A stretch of 64,000 nt of DNA from Leucobacter sp. (GTDB lineage Bacteria > Actinomycetota > Actinomycetes > Actinomycetales > Microbacteriaceae). This document shows, in pieces, positions 30,403 to 42,394 of the stretch (within the stretch, counting starts at the first letter, position 1; every line of letters begins with the position of its first letter). A program made the translations under genes and the position numbers. Below the pieces are notes generated by a model. That model worked only from the letters and a program-made list of their open reading frames with translations, searched no databases and was not told where the DNA came from. Where the stretch lies: the NCBI GenBank assembly GCA_052106035.1, contig JBQEBC010000004.1, positions 7,510-71,509 on the forward strand. The letters run 5' to 3'.

Positions 30403-33030
30403 ATGACCCCAAAGGCCTCTAAGTCTTCGCGAGTACGCACAGCCAAGCCCCGTTCCGCTGGCGGCGTACTCGGAGGAATCCTCGGAATGGTCGCCATGAG
30501 TGCGATCGCTGGGATCCTCGTAACCGCTGCGATCACCCCTGTCGTCGCTCTCACAGGCGCCGCTGCGACCTCTGCGGTGAGCATTTTCGAGAATCTTCCC
30601 GGCAATTTGAAGCCGGGGCAGCTCGCGCAGCCGACGTCGCTATACGCGATAAAAGACGGCAAGCAGGTGAAATTTTCTGAGTTCTACGATCAGGATCGTG
30701 AACCCGTCAAGTTTGATCAGATCTCTCCGTTTGTGACCGATGCTGTCGTCGCAATTGAGGATCCGCGCTTCTATACCCACGGTGGCGTCGATGCTCTTGC
30801 AGCGTCGCGCGCTGTGGTGCAGAACGTTGCCGGGGACGATGGCATGTCTGGCGCGTCCACCATCACGATGCAATACGTGCGAAACGTGCTCGTACAAGAG
30901 GCGACTGCAATCCCTGACGAAGAAGCCCAGAAAAAAGCGTATGAGAACGCGATGCGTCAGGACATTGATCGCAAACTCAAAGAGATGAAGCTTGCAATCG
31001 GTGTTGAGAAGCAGTTCACCAAAGACGAAATTCTTACCGGATATCTCAACATCACACTCTTTGGGCGCACCGTGTACGGTATCGAGTCGGCTGCCCACTA
31101 CTATTACGGCACCTCAGCGAAAGATCTCACGCTTCCCCAGGCCGCGAGTCTCGTCGCAATCGTGAACTCTCCAACGCGCTATCAGATTGATATCGAGGAG
31201 AACATTCCTGCGAACCAGGAGCGTCGCGACCTCATCCTCAAGCAGATGCTCAGTCACGGCAAGATCACTCAGGCGCAGTACGACGAGGCCGTCGCGACGC
31301 CCGTTGAACCGAAGATCACCCCCCGCATCCAGGGTTGCGCGGTTGCCGAGCAGAACTACGGTCTCGGCCACTTCTGCGACTACGTGCAGCGCCAGCTCAA
31401 GCAGGATCCTGAGTTCGGCCCCGATGCTGCAACTCGCGAGTTCAATATGAGCCGCGGCGGCTACGACATCGTCACAACGATAGACCTTGACATGCAGCAG
31501 GCTGCAGTAGCAGCGACCCGCGCGAATGTGGCCCCGACGATGGATGGCATCGATGTGGGAAGTTCAACGGTGAGCACGGAGGTCAAAACAGGTCGCGTGC
31601 TTGTCATGGCACAAAACCGGCCCTTCAGCACCGATGAGGCCCTCGAAGCTCAGGGGTACACCGCAATCAATTACGGTGCAGATTTTGCAGACGGTGGCTC
31701 ATCCGGTTTCCAAGTCGGTTCCACATTTAAACCGGTCACCCTTGCCGAGTGGATCCGCACCGGACACTCTGTGCGAGACAGCGTGAACGTAAGCGGTCGT
31801 GACGTTCCGCTCGAAAGCTTTAAAGCAAGTTGTATGCCCAGTGGCGTTTACGGATACGGCAACTGGAAATTCCAAAACGACAACCTCGGCGTCGGCGGTA
31901 ATCAGACCGTGCTGACCGCGATCGCGCAGTCGCTGAACGGTGGCCTAATCTCGATGCAGCAGAAGATGGATCTCTGTGGCACCTTTGACATGGCCAAGAA
32001 GATGGGTCTGCACCGCTCAACAGAAGCGACAAACACCGATTTCGCAAATGTCGGCACGTACGACCTCACCATGAACCCGTCAAACGTGTTTGGTGGTACC
32101 GACGAGATGTCACCGCTCACAATGTCGACAGCGTATGGCGCCTTTGCAGGCGGTGGAACGGTGTGCACCCCGAGTGCGATCGACTCAATCACTGGCCCAG
32201 ATGGAGAGCCTGTTCCGTTTGAGCAGAGCTCGTGTTCTGAGGCGATGTCGTCTGAGGTTGCGGCGGGTGTTGCGTACGCCTTGCAATACGCAATCACGAA
32301 TGGACTCGCACGACACGCGGCGTCAGCATTTGGCACGCCACACCTCGCGAAAACCGGCACGACCGACGATTACATAGATAACTGGACGATCGGCGCATCA
32401 AGCAAGGTGTCGACGGCGACCTGGGTCGGGAATGCCGGACCACACTGCTACAGCGAGGGCAACTGTGAGCGCGTCGATACCCGAAACTTCGGTGGATATC
32501 AGGGCCTCACCGCGGCCGACAGTCGTATCTGGCCTGAGGTCATGTATATCGCTGATCAGAAGTACGGCGGCGAAGGCTTCGGCGATCCGGCTGCTGCCGC
32601 GCTCAAGCAGACACTCGTGCAGGTTCCAAACCTTGCAGGCCAGTCGTTTGAGGATGCGAAGGCAACTCTTGAAGCCGCAGGCTTTAGCGTGCGTGATGGT
32701 GGCGAGGTCGATTCCTCGGAGCCGAAGGGACGCGTCGCTCGCACCGACCCCGCAGCTGGCGGTGAGGTGGGTCTTGGAACAGAAGTGACGATCTATCGAA
32801 GCCTCGGAAACGCTGGAAAGATTCCTGACGGGCTGGGCGGCATGACCGCGCGCGAGGCAGAGAATGCGCTCAGAGCGGCGAACTTCACCTCAGTATCATT
32901 CGTGTGTGAGGGTGGTGAAGGATCCCCGAATCCGAATAAGGACACGGTGAAGGCAGTGTCTCCTGGTGGAGGAGAAGAAGCTCGTCTGAACGCCAAGATC
33001 ACGCTCACGATCAACTGCGACGACGATTAG
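30403..33030 (+). CDS. Class A penicillin-binding protein (transglycosylase-transpeptidase, PASTA domains)
   Basis: IEDPRFYTHGGVD, GASTITMQ, STFK and KTGT motifs; C-terminal VPNLAG PASTA repeat. Confidence 0.95.
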   Translation: MTPKASKSSRVRTAKPRSAGGVLGGILGMVAMSAIAGILVTAAITPVVALTGAAATSAVSIFENLPGNLKPGQLAQPTSLYAIKDGKQVKFSEFYDQDREPVKFDQISPFVTDAVVAIEDPRFYTHGGVDALAASRAVVQNVAGDDGMSGASTITMQYVRNVLVQEATAIPDEEAQKKAYENAMRQDIDRKLKEMKLAIGVEKQFTKDEILTGYLNITLFGRTVYGIESAAHYYYGTSAKDLTLPQAASLVAIVNSPTRYQIDIEENIPANQERRDLILKQMLSHGKITQAQYDEAVATPVEPKITPRIQGCAVAEQNYGLGHFCDYVQRQLKQDPEFGPDAATREFNMSRGGYDIVTTIDLDMQQAAVAATRANVAPTMDGIDVGSSTVSTEVKTGRVLVMAQNRPFSTDEALEAQGYTAINYGADFADGGSSGFQVGSTFKPVTLAEWIRTGHSVRDSVNVSGRDVPLESFKASCMPSGVYGYGNWKFQNDNLGVGGNQTVLTAIAQSLNGGLISMQQKMDLCGTFDMAKKMGLHRSTEATNTDFANVGTYDLTMNPSNVFGGTDEMSPLTMSTAYGAFAGGGTVCTPSAIDSITGPDGEPVPFEQSSCSEAMSSEVAAGVAYALQYAITNGLARHAASAFGTPHLAKTGTTDDYIDNWTIGASSKVSTATWVGNAGPHCYSEGNCERVDTRNFGGYQGLTAADSRIWPEVMYIADQKYGGEGFGDPAAAALKQTLVQVPNLAGQSFEDAKATLEAAGFSVRDGGEVDSSEPKGRVARTDPAAGGEVGLGTEVTIYRSLGNAGKIPDGLGGMTAREAENALRAANFTSVSFVCEGGEGSPNPNKDTVKAVSPGGGEEARLNAKITLTINCDDD

Positions 33031-33037
33031 GCCGCTG

Positions 33038-33970
33038 ATGGCGACACAGCTTCGTCCGGGCACGGCTGCGGTACTCGGTGCCGCAGCCGGCGTGCTCGCG
33101 TGGTCAACGCTTATCGAGCGCAGGCTGTTTACGATCCGCCGTCACTCCGTCCCGATCCTGCCCGCCGGTGCCGCGCCCATTCGGGTGCTCCAGTTGTCGG
33201 ATCTGCACCTCGCCCCGTGGCAGGTGAACAAGATGAACTGGGTGCGCTCACTCGCGAACCTGCGCCCAGACCTGCTTGTGCTCACCGGCGATCTCATGGG
33301 GCACACTGAGGCGCAGCATGCGCTGCTCAATACGCTCTCCGCGTTTCGCGGCGTCCCGACGCACTTTGTGCACGGATCCAACGACTACTATGGGCCGATG
33401 TTCAAGAACCCTCTCCGCTACCTCAAAGAGCCAAGCCGGCTCAGCACGCGCGAACGAGACATCGATAATGCGGCACTTACACGCGGGCTCGAAGCCCTCG
33501 GATTTACCGACCTCAACAACTCGGCCGCCTTGTGTGAAGCCCGCGGCACACAGTTCGAGTTGTTTGGTCTCGGCGATCCACACATTCGCCTCGATGATGC
33601 TGAGAAGATGAGTGCGGAACGCGAGCAGCAGGGCTCGAAGAACAGTGATGCAGTGCAGATTGGTGTCGTGCATGCCCCATATCAGGCAGCGCTCGGGGCA
33701 CTGCTCACCGAGGGTGCAGAGCTCATTCTCGCTGGCCACACCCACGGAGGTCAGGTCCGCGTTCCAGGCGTTGGCGCGCTCACGTCTAACTGCGATCTTC
33801 CGACACACCAAGCCCGTGGCTTAAGCGTCTGGTACGACGCACACCATGCCGCCTATCTCAATGTGAGTGCCGGGCTCGGGAATTCGATCTACGCCCCCGT
33901 GCGGTTCGCTTGCAGGCCCGAAGCGAGCCTGATCACGCTCACCGCACCAGAGTTCACGAGCGCTTCGTAA
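33038..33970 (+). CDS. Metallophosphoesterase
   Basis: DLH, GD, GSND and GHTHGGQ motifs. Confidence 0.92.
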   Translation: MATQLRPGTAAVLGAAAGVLAWSTLIERRLFTIRRHSVPILPAGAAPIRVLQLSDLHLAPWQVNKMNWVRSLANLRPDLLVLTGDLMGHTEAQHALLNTLSAFRGVPTHFVHGSNDYYGPMFKNPLRYLKEPSRLSTRERDIDNAALTRGLEALGFTDLNNSAALCEARGTQFELFGLGDPHIRLDDAEKMSAEREQQGSKNSDAVQIGVVHAPYQAALGALLTEGAELILAGHTHGGQVRVPGVGALTSNCDLPTHQARGLSVWYDAHHAAYLNVSAGLGNSIYAPVRFACRPEASLITLTAPEFTSAS

Positions 33971-35183
33971 GCTGCGGCAAGAAGGCGGCGAACCGCTCAC
34001 ACGCGTCGAGCACTTCCTCATAGGAAGCGAACGCACTCAGGCGGAAGTACCCTGCACCCGCCGGCCCGAACCCTTCGCCGGGGGTACCCACGACCTGTGC
34101 ACCTTCGAGGAGCGCGTCGAAAAACTCCCAGGACCCCATTTCGCCCGGGCATCGGAACCACAGGTACGGCGAATGTTCCCCACCCACGGTTTCGACGCCA
34201 GCATCGAGTAGCGCGCCCCTCAGCAGCTCTGCGTTGCGCAGATAGTAGTTGATGTCAGCTCGCACCTGTTCGCGCCCCTCAGGGCTGTACACGGCTTCTG
34301 CGGCACGCTGGACAATGTATGGAGTGCCATTAAACTTTGTTGCTTGACGACGATCCCACATATTGCGCAGCGAGACCCCGTCGACGTGCAGTTTCTTCGG
34401 GACCACCAGCCATGAACAGCGAAGCCCGGTGAACCCAGCAGACTTTGAAAACGACCCCGATTCGACGGCAACTTCGTCTGCGCCCTCAATTTCGTAAATC
34501 GACCGTGGCACGTCCTCACCCTGAATGAACGCGCGATAGGCCACGTCGTACACGATCACGGATCCGTGCTGTTTCGCATATCGCACCCATGCTTCGAGCT
34601 CCTCACGCGAGAGTGCCGTGCCAGTCGGATTGTTTGGCGAGCACAAGTAGATCAAGTCTGTCGGCGTGTCAGGAAGCGCCACTTTGTACCCGGTCTCTGC
34701 AGAGCACTCGAGGTAGGTGAGCCCCTGCCAGCGGCCGTCCCGGTATTCTCCGAGTCGGCCGACAAGCGCGTTCGAATCGATGTACATGGGGTACACCGGG
34801 TCGGTGACTGCGACAGTCGCCTGTTTTGAGAAAAGCTCTTGGAACCCAGCAACGTCGGATATCGATCCCTCGCCAACGAAGACGTCGTCTGCGTCAATGG
34901 TGACGCCGAGAGACGCATACTCACCGTCGACGATCGCTTCTCGAAGAAATGCGTATCCGGGCTCAGAACCGTACCCACGAAAGGTCTCAGCATGGGCTTG
35001 CTCGTCGACCGCGTGGTGCAGCGCCTTGGTGATGGCGGGTGCGAGCGGTCTCGTGACATCGCCGACGCCCAGGCGCAGCACCTTCGCTTCAGGGTGCGCC
35101 GCTTGAAACGTTGCGGTGCGGGCGTATACCTCGCCAAACAGGTAGCTAGTCTGTAGCTCCCCGAAGTGTGTGTTGATGTTCAT
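33954..35183 (-). CDS. dapL: LL-diaminopimelate aminotransferase
   Basis: SYLF, LGVGDVTRPL, DPVYPMY, CSPNNPTG, SFSKSAGFTGLR and GEGFGPAGAGYFRLSAF match the DapL pattern; adjacent to asd. Confidence 0.88.
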   Translation of the reverse strand: MNINTHFGELQTSYLFGEVYARTATFQAAHPEAKVLRLGVGDVTRPLAPAITKALHHAVDEQAHAETFRGYGSEPGYAFLREAIVDGEYASLGVTIDADDVFVGEGSISDVAGFQELFSKQATVAVTDPVYPMYIDSNALVGRLGEYRDGRWQGLTYLECSAETGYKVALPDTPTDLIYLCSPNNPTGTALSREELEAWVRYAKQHGSVIVYDVAYRAFIQGEDVPRSIYEIEGADEVAVESGSFSKSAGFTGLRCSWLVVPKKLHVDGVSLRNMWDRRQATKFNGTPYIVQRAAEAVYSPEGREQVRADINYYLRNAELLRGALLDAGVETVGGEHSPYLWFRCPGEMGSWEFFDALLEGAQVVGTPGEGFGPAGAGYFRLSAFASYEEVLDACERFAAFLPQLTKRS

Positions 35184-35210
35184 CGGGGAGTCCTACCTGT
35201 TGTGGGTTAC

Positions 35211-36296
<1,086 letters not shown>

Positions 36297-36333
36297 CTAA
36301 AGCTCTGTGTTCTCTAAAAAATCTGTGCTTATT

Positions 36334-37611
36334 TTAGCGGCCGGTGCCAGCGTAGACCGTTGCTTCGTCGTCTGTGTCGAGGCCAAATGCGGTGTGAAGC
36401 ACGCGCACTGCCTTCTCCATGAGATCGGCTCGGGTCACTACTGAGATGCGGATCTCTGAGGTTGAGATCATCTCAATGTTGATGCCCGCATCGTAGAGCG
36501 CCCGGAAGAGTTGGGCGGAAACCCCACTTGAGTTGCGCATGCCTGCTCCCACGACCGCAATCTTTGCGATCTGGTCGTCGTAGAGCAGCCGTTCGTAGCC
36601 GATCGAGTCATGTTCTGCTTCGAGCGCTTCGAGTGCTTTACGTCCCTCAGCCATCGGCACGGTGAACGAAATATCTGTGCGGTTCGTGTCTGCGGCAGAA
36701 ATATTCTGCACAATGATGTCAATGTTCGCATCAGTTTTCGCGACGACCTCAAAGATCCGGGCGGCTACGCCGGGAACATCGGGCACGCCACTGACAGTGA
36801 TCTTTGCCTCGCTCGCTTCAGCTGCGATGCCAGTGATAACTGACTCTTCCACCTGGTCTCCCTCCGGATGCCCCTTTGCTGGGGTGTAAACAACGGTGCC
36901 CGCATCGCCTGAGAAGGAGGAGCGCACATGTATTTCGACGCCGTGGCGTCTCGCGTATTCCACCGCACGTAGGTGCAGTACCTTCGCGCCGGAAGCGGCA
37001 AGTTCAAGCATCTCTGCTGAGGAGATCGCATCGATTTTGCGCGCGTGGGGAGCGACGCGTGGATCAGTCGTGTAAATTCCGTCGACGTCTGTGTAGATCT
37101 CGCATACGTCGGCCTTCAGGGCTGCGGCGAGCGCGACTGCCGTTGTGTCTGATCCACCACGGCCGAGCGTCGTGATGTCTTTTGAGTCTGGGCTCACACC
37201 TTGGAATCCCGCGACGATGGTGACTGCACCTTTGTCGAGCGCTGCGCGCACCCGGCCTGGGGTGACGTCCACGATTTTCGCCGACCCATGCTCTGGGGTC
37301 GTGATCATGCCGGCCTGGCTTCCGGTGAAGGAGAGGGCGTCGACGCCCATGCCCTTGATCGTCATGGCGAGCAGCGCCATTGAGATGCGCTCCCCCGCGG
37401 TGAGCAACATGTCGAGCTCACGCGGCGCCGTAATCGGCGTGCAGGCTTCCGCGAGGTCAAGCAGTTCATCGGTGGTGTCGCCCATCGCACTCACCACGAC
37501 GACGACATCATTGCCCGCGCGACGAGTCTCAACGATCCGCTTGGCAACGCGCTTAATGCTCTCAGCATCGGCGACCGACGAACCCCCGAATTTCTGCACG
37601 ATCAATGCCAC
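36334..37611 (-). CDS. ask: Aspartate kinase
   Basis: QKFGGSSV and TLGRGGSDTTA motifs, ACT domains, C-terminal YAGTGR. Confidence 0.98.
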   Translation of the reverse strand: MALIVQKFGGSSVADAESIKRVAKRIVETRRAGNDVVVVVSAMGDTTDELLDLAEACTPITAPRELDMLLTAGERISMALLAMTIKGMGVDALSFTGSQAGMITTPEHGSAKIVDVTPGRVRAALDKGAVTIVAGFQGVSPDSKDITTLGRGGSDTTAVALAAALKADVCEIYTDVDGIYTTDPRVAPHARKIDAISSAEMLELAASGAKVLHLRAVEYARRHGVEIHVRSSFSGDAGTVVYTPAKGHPEGDQVEESVITGIAAEASEAKITVSGVPDVPGVAARIFEVVAKTDANIDIIVQNISAADTNRTDISFTVPMAEGRKALEALEAEHDSIGYERLLYDDQIAKIAVVGAGMRNSSGVSAQLFRALYDAGINIEMISTSEIRISVVTRADLMEKAVRVLHTAFGLDTDDEATVYAGTGR

Positions 37612-37727
37612 GTGGGATCCTCCTAGTTTTGTGCCAGGTTCTATTCTACCTGCAGCTGCATGCTCATAAAACGTTGGTCACCTTCAGCCCTGTTCCCAAC
37701 AGTGCGACGTCCTCAGCGACACGACGC

Positions 37728-38342
37728 CTATTCGACTACGCGACGTCCTTCGAACGCGCGGCCCAGGGTCACCTCGTCTGCGAACTCGAGGTCTCCGCCA
37801 ACGGGGAGGCCGGACGCGAGGCGGGAGACGGGGACCTCTATGCTCGTGAGGAGCCGTGAAAGGTAGGCCGCGGTAGCCTCACCCTCAAGGTTTGGGTCGG
37901 TCGCAATAATCACTTCAGCGACCTGCACTCCGCCTTCCTCGAGCCCTGCACTCAGCCGCCGCATGAGCGCTGAAATGGAGAGGTCGTCTGGGCCGATGCC
38001 ATCGATCGGGCTGATTGCACCGCCGAGCACATGGTAGAGACCGCGGAATTGGCGGGTGCGCTCAATTGCAACGACGTCTTTGGGCTCTTCGACCACACAG
38101 AGGATCGTCTGGTCGCGGCGTGGATCGCTACAAATACTGCACTTGACCTGTTCGGTGATATTGCCGCACACCTCACAGAACCGCACTCGCTCGCGCACGT
38201 CAGAAAGGAGGCTGGCGAGCCTAGAGACGTCAAAGTTCTGCGTCTGCAGAATGTGAAACGCGATACGTTGGGCAGATTTCGGGCCAATGCCTGGCAGCCT
38301 GCCGAATTCGTCGATCAGGTCTTGAACGATGCCGTCGTACAC
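37728..38342 (-). CDS. recR: Recombination mediator RecR
   Basis: [12 protein letters not shown]4 zinc finger and Toprim EGEATA motifs. Confidence 0.97.
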   Translation of the reverse strand: MYDGIVQDLIDEFGRLPGIGPKSAQRIAFHILQTQNFDVSRLASLLSDVRERVRFCEVCGNITEQVKCSICSDPRRDQTILCVVEEPKDVVAIERTRQFRGLYHVLGGAISPIDGIGPDDLSISALMRRLSAGLEEGGVQVAEVIIATDPNLEGEATAAYLSRLLTSIEVPVSRLASGLPVGGDLEFADEVTLGRAFEGRRVVE

Positions 38343-38344
38343 GG

Positions 38345-40864
38345 CTACCTCCTGTGCTCTGGGATCGGGTGCTCTTCAAGGAATGATGCGCCAAGCACCT
38401 CTCGAACGACCGATTCCCCATATCGGGTGAACGTGGGTGCCACCTTTGCGCCTGAAACTGGGGCAGCAGCAGGAGCCACTGTGGAAGTCGCTGTGGGTGC
38501 CGCAGTGTTTGCAGGCGCCTCCGCGTCGGTATGATCCGCTGCGGGTTTAGGCGCTGCTGCAGATTCAGGCACCGCTGCAGGTGCTGGCGCGCCCGTCGGT
38601 ACTGGCGTTGCGGTTGTCGTGTCGACGCGCACAGCCTGGTCAGCTGCTGTGTCGGCCTGGGCTTGCGGGTCTACTCCAGCGTAGGGGTCGTCATAGGCGT
38701 CGTCACTTGGCATCTCGTCGTTGGCACTGAGCGGGTACTGCTGCACGTCCGCAGTAAGCGAGCTGGCGTTCAACTCGCTGGTGCTCAGCGGCTGAGGAGA
38801 CACAGCGCCACGATCAGATTGCTGCTCTTTCGATGGAATCGGGTCTGCCCATGCCGGCGCAGCCAGCGCTGGCCCAAGTGAACTCAGCCTCGCTGCCGCA
38901 CGAGCAACCGGGTCATCTTCTAGCGATTGCCCGCTTCCTTGATGAGGCTCCTCTGGAACAGGTGTTCCTGGCTCAGATTGCCCCCTTGGCTCGCGTGACA
39001 CCGCAACTTGGCGAGGCTTGTACTGCACTCGCATGCCGGTTGCTGCCAGAATGGTTTCTCGCAGCGGGCCCGCCCCAGTTGATTTAAAGGCTTCGAGCTC
39101 TGAGCGGTTAGCTACTCCAACTACGAGCACCTCGCTTTCGAGGGCAAGTGGCTCAATCGTCTTTACCGCGTTCCAAGCATCGCGATCGTTCTCAAGGAGC
39201 TCGTCCAGCAGATCAGACCACATATCGCGCAGGTCTTCGAACCCAGGCAGGTCATCTGGGCTGCCCTGCGTTGCCTCGGTACCGGCGGCGGCAACGGTTT
39301 CGGGGGTGCCTGAAGCGGGCTCCTCTTGAACCGGCGCAGTGGGCTCCGGTGCGGGGGTGGCAGAAGCCGGGGTGGCTGGAGCAGGGGTAACCGGTTCGTT
39401 GCCGATGCTTTCAATCTGCGAGGCGCTGAGCACCGCAGAAATGGGCTTGCCAAACTTTGCTGCGCCTTCGTTCGGGTGCGGCATCTGGGGCGTGCTCGCC
39501 GCCTTCTCGGCAATCGCCCCCGCATCGTCGTTGCGGAGGAACTCCCGGATAGATGCGGCTGTCTGTGCCGCATTCGCAACGTTCTCGGGCTCTCGTGCGA
39601 CAGGTGGCGATACGGGCTGCACCGGCTGAGCAGGTTGCGACGGAATCGGTGTCGCTGTTGGCGCAGACTGCTGCGGTGGTTGCTGCTGTACCGTCCGTTG
39701 GGCCGGCGCCGTCTGCTGACTCGCAGGAGCGACAGGCACAACATGAGCACTGCTCGCAGCGCTCAACCCCACGAGTGCGCGCGCAATCATGAGTTCGAGA
39801 TGCAGCCTAGGTGGTGTCGCACCCGTCATTTGGTCGAGTGCTTCACTCACGGTGTCAGCGGTGCGCGAGAGTTCGAGCGCCCCAAACGCCCGAGCTTGCT
39901 CGAACATGCGGGTGAGTTGATCTTGGGGCACCCCGCGCAACACTGCTGCGGCACCATCGATGCTCGTGGCATTCACAATAATGAGGTCGCGTAACCGCTC
40001 AAGCAGATCTTCAACAAACCGGCGAGGGTCTTGCCCGGTCTGAATCACCCGGTCAGTTGCCGCGAACGCAGCCGCAGAATCTTGCGCACCAATGGCCGCA
40101 ACAACGTCATCGAGTAGCTCAGTGTGTGTGTACCCCAACAACCCTGCCGCCCGCTCAGCAGTGACATGATTGCCCTCGGACCCTGCAATGAGTTGGTCAA
40201 GAATTGAGAGTGTGTCGCGCGCGGAACCGCCACCCGAACGCACCACAAGAGGGAGAACCCCGGGCTCAACCACAATGTTTTCACTGTCGCACAGAGACTG
40301 CGCATAGTCGATGAGTGCCGCTGGCGGAATGAGACGGAACGGATAGTGGTGGGTACGCGACCGAATCGTACCGATCACTTTCTCAGGCTCAGTCGTCGCG
40401 AAGATGAACTTTACGTGAGGCGGTGGCTCCTCAACAATCTTGAGCAGCGCATTGAACCCACCCGCCGTCACCATGTGTGCCTCATCAATGATGAAGATCT
40501 TGAAGCGGTCACGTGCGGGCGCGAACACCGCGCGTTCCCGCAAGTCACGCGCGTCATCAACACCGCCGTGGCTCGCGGCATCGATTTCGACGACATCCAG
40601 CGACCCACCGCCCGCGCGGCCGAGTTCAACACAGCTCGGGCAGGTGCCACACGGAGTATCAGTCGGGCCCTCAGCACAATTCAGACAGCGCGCAAGAATA
40701 CGCGCGCTCGTCGTCTTACCGCACCCTCGCGGGCCGCTAAACAAGTAGGCATGACCGACGCGACCAGTGCGCAAGGCAGTCATGAGCGGATCGGTCACTT
40801 GAGATTGCCCGATCATCTCAGAGAACGACTCGGGTCGATACCGTCTATACAGCGCTGCTACCAC
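38345..40864 (-). CDS. dnaX: DNA polymerase III gamma/tau subunit
   Basis: [17 protein letters not shown] and IIDEAHM motifs; long Pro/Ala-rich linker. Start is GTG 40864 or ATG 40873. Confidence 0.96.
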   Translation of the reverse strand: MVAALYRRYRPESFSEMIGQSQVTDPLMTALRTGRVGHAYLFSGPRGCGKTTSARILARCLNCAEGPTDTPCGTCPSCVELGRAGGGSLDVVEIDAASHGGVDDARDLRERAVFAPARDRFKIFIIDEAHMVTAGGFNALLKIVEEPPPHVKFIFATTEPEKVIGTIRSRTHHYPFRLIPPAALIDYAQSLCDSENIVVEPGVLPLVVRSGGGSARDTLSILDQLIAGSEGNHVTAERAAGLLGYTHTELLDDVVAAIGAQDSAAAFAATDRVIQTGQDPRRFVEDLLERLRDLIIVNATSIDGAAAVLRGVPQDQLTRMFEQARAFGALELSRTADTVSEALDQMTGATPPRLHLELMIARALVGLSAASSAHVVPVAPASQQTAPAQRTVQQQPPQQSAPTATPIPSQPAQPVQPVSPPVAREPENVANAAQTAASIREFLRNDDAGAIAEKAASTPQMPHPNEGAAKFGKPISAVLSASQIESIGNEPVTPAPATPASATPAPEPTAPVQEEPASGTPETVAAAGTEATQGSPDDLPGFEDLRDMWSDLLDELLENDRDAWNAVKTIEPLALESEVLVVGVANRSELEAFKSTGAGPLRETILAATGMRVQYKPRQVAVSREPRGQSEPGTPVPEEPHQGSGQSLEDDPVARAAARLSSLGPALAAPAWADPIPSKEQQSDRGAVSPQPLSTSELNASSLTADVQQYPLSANDEMPSDDAYDDPYAGVDPQAQADTAADQAVRVDTTTATPVPTGAPAPAAVPESAAAPKPAADHTDAEAPANTAAPTATSTVAPAAAPVSGAKVAPTFTRYGESVVREVLGASFLEEHPIPEHRR

Positions 40865-40956
40865 GAAGTCCATGTTACCGGTGGGGTCTGACATGCGCCC
40901 CCGTAATCCACAGCCATAGACTGTTGAACATTCCAGATCGGGGAGGCATCCAAGGC

Positions 40957-42297
40957 ATGAGCAGCTCGCCACACGCCGGCTCCGTCTCTCCGAGTGTAAA
41001 ATTCGCTTCGATTTCGACCGCAGCACTGATGTGTTGCGTGTTGCTCTCACTCATTTTTGACTGGGCCGAATTGATTGCGGGCGCCGCGGCACTCATCATG
41101 CTCGTTGGTGCGGTGTTGGTCGCGTCGTCGCGAACGCGCATGGTCGTTGCGATTCTCGTGGGCATCGGGCTCGCCTGCGCAATCTTGAGCATTTCGCTGT
41201 TTCACTCTGCGTTCGAGCTCAATCAGCTCAGGCGCCTGAACCAAGACCTGGTTGCCATGCTTGCTGGTGGTGCATTTATTCGCGGCATCGTCACAAGCAG
41301 CAAACGCGCGACGGCTCCAAAACTCACGGGCGTCCCTGCCGTGTTGCGCACCGCGTATGTGAGCCACTTCATAGCGTCTGTGCTCAATTTCGTGTCGCTC
41401 GGGCTGGTGGGTGACCACTTGCAACGGGGTGGGCGCCTCACACTGAATAACGCCGCACTCCTTTCACAGTCGTTCGTCTTGGGTGCGCTGTGGTCTCCGT
41501 TTTGGTCCGTTTCAGCGCTCGTGGTCATCTACTTCCCAACTGTCGCGCTCCTCCCCGTCTCGGTGACTGGCCTCGCCTTCGCCCTTCTCCTCCTCGCGGT
41601 CGTATCGTTGTGGAACTTCACACGCCGTTCACCCAAAGAACGACTGGAACAGGGTTATCCGCTTCAGCCACAAACGCTCGCGCTGCCGCTCGTGCTCATC
41701 GTGGTCGTGGTCACGGGTCATTTACTCCTCCCTGAGGCGCCTGTGCCACGGCTCGTGCTTCTTGCCTCAGTTGCCATACCATTTGTGCTCGGAACACTCC
41801 GCAAAGGGATTGTCACAACAGCCGGACAGTTTGTTCGCGTTGCGGCAGGCGGCCTCACCGCATCATCAAACGAATTCGCACTCTTTATTGCGGCAGGAAT
41901 CTTCACTGTCGGCGGATCAATGCTCACCGCGCACCTCCCATTCCAACTGTCGAGCCTTCCGCCCACAGTGTTGACCGCATGGTTACTCTGCATCGCAATA
42001 GTGCTGCTTTCTATGGTGGGAGTGCATCCGATCATCTCAATTTCAGTTGCAGCAGCTATGGCAATGTTCGTATCCGAGGGTGGAGCATTGTACGCTGCCG
42101 CCGTGCTCTGGGGATGGTGTCTGGCGTCACCGGTCGGCCCGCTCGCCGGCACCACTATCTTCATCTCGGGGCGATTCGGCGTACGAGGCCGAGACCTCAT
42201 CGTCGCCAACATTCCGTTTACATTGGTTGGCGTTGCACTCGCCTACCCCGCGATTTATCTCGCGAACGAGCTCACCACTGCTTGGGGGCTTGGGTAG
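40957..42297 (+). CDS. Uncharacterised polytopic membrane protein, putative transporter
   Basis: About 11-12 hydrophobic segments, WSPFW motif, GGAGG upstream; family not recognised with confidence. Confidence 0.7.
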   Translation: MSSSPHAGSVSPSVKFASISTAALMCCVLLSLIFDWAELIAGAAALIMLVGAVLVASSRTRMVVAILVGIGLACAILSISLFHSAFELNQLRRLNQDLVAMLAGGAFIRGIVTSSKRATAPKLTGVPAVLRTAYVSHFIASVLNFVSLGLVGDHLQRGGRLTLNNAALLSQSFVLGALWSPFWSVSALVVIYFPTVALLPVSVTGLAFALLLLAVVSLWNFTRRSPKERLEQGYPLQPQTLALPLVLIVVVVTGHLLLPEAPVPRLVLLASVAIPFVLGTLRKGIVTTAGQFVRVAAGGLTASSNEFALFIAAGIFTVGGSMLTAHLPFQLSSLPPTVLTAWLLCIAIVLLSMVGVHPIISISVAAAMAMFVSEGGALYAAAVLWGWCLASPVGPLAGTTIFISGRFGVRGRDLIVANIPFTLVGVALAYPAIYLANELTTAWGLG

Positions 42298-42394
42298 ACC
42301 GAATTGCCGTCGGAACCATGGATGCAACTCCGAAAAACTCCCCAGCTCCGAATGAATTCGCTGTGGATCTTCGCAACAGCGTAGAAGTTCGGAG

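Noticed and set aside
38400-39750. Long low-complexity insert in dnaX as an intein or mobile insertion
   Set aside because: A Pro/Ala/Gln-rich linker typical of actinobacterial tau, with no intein motifs.
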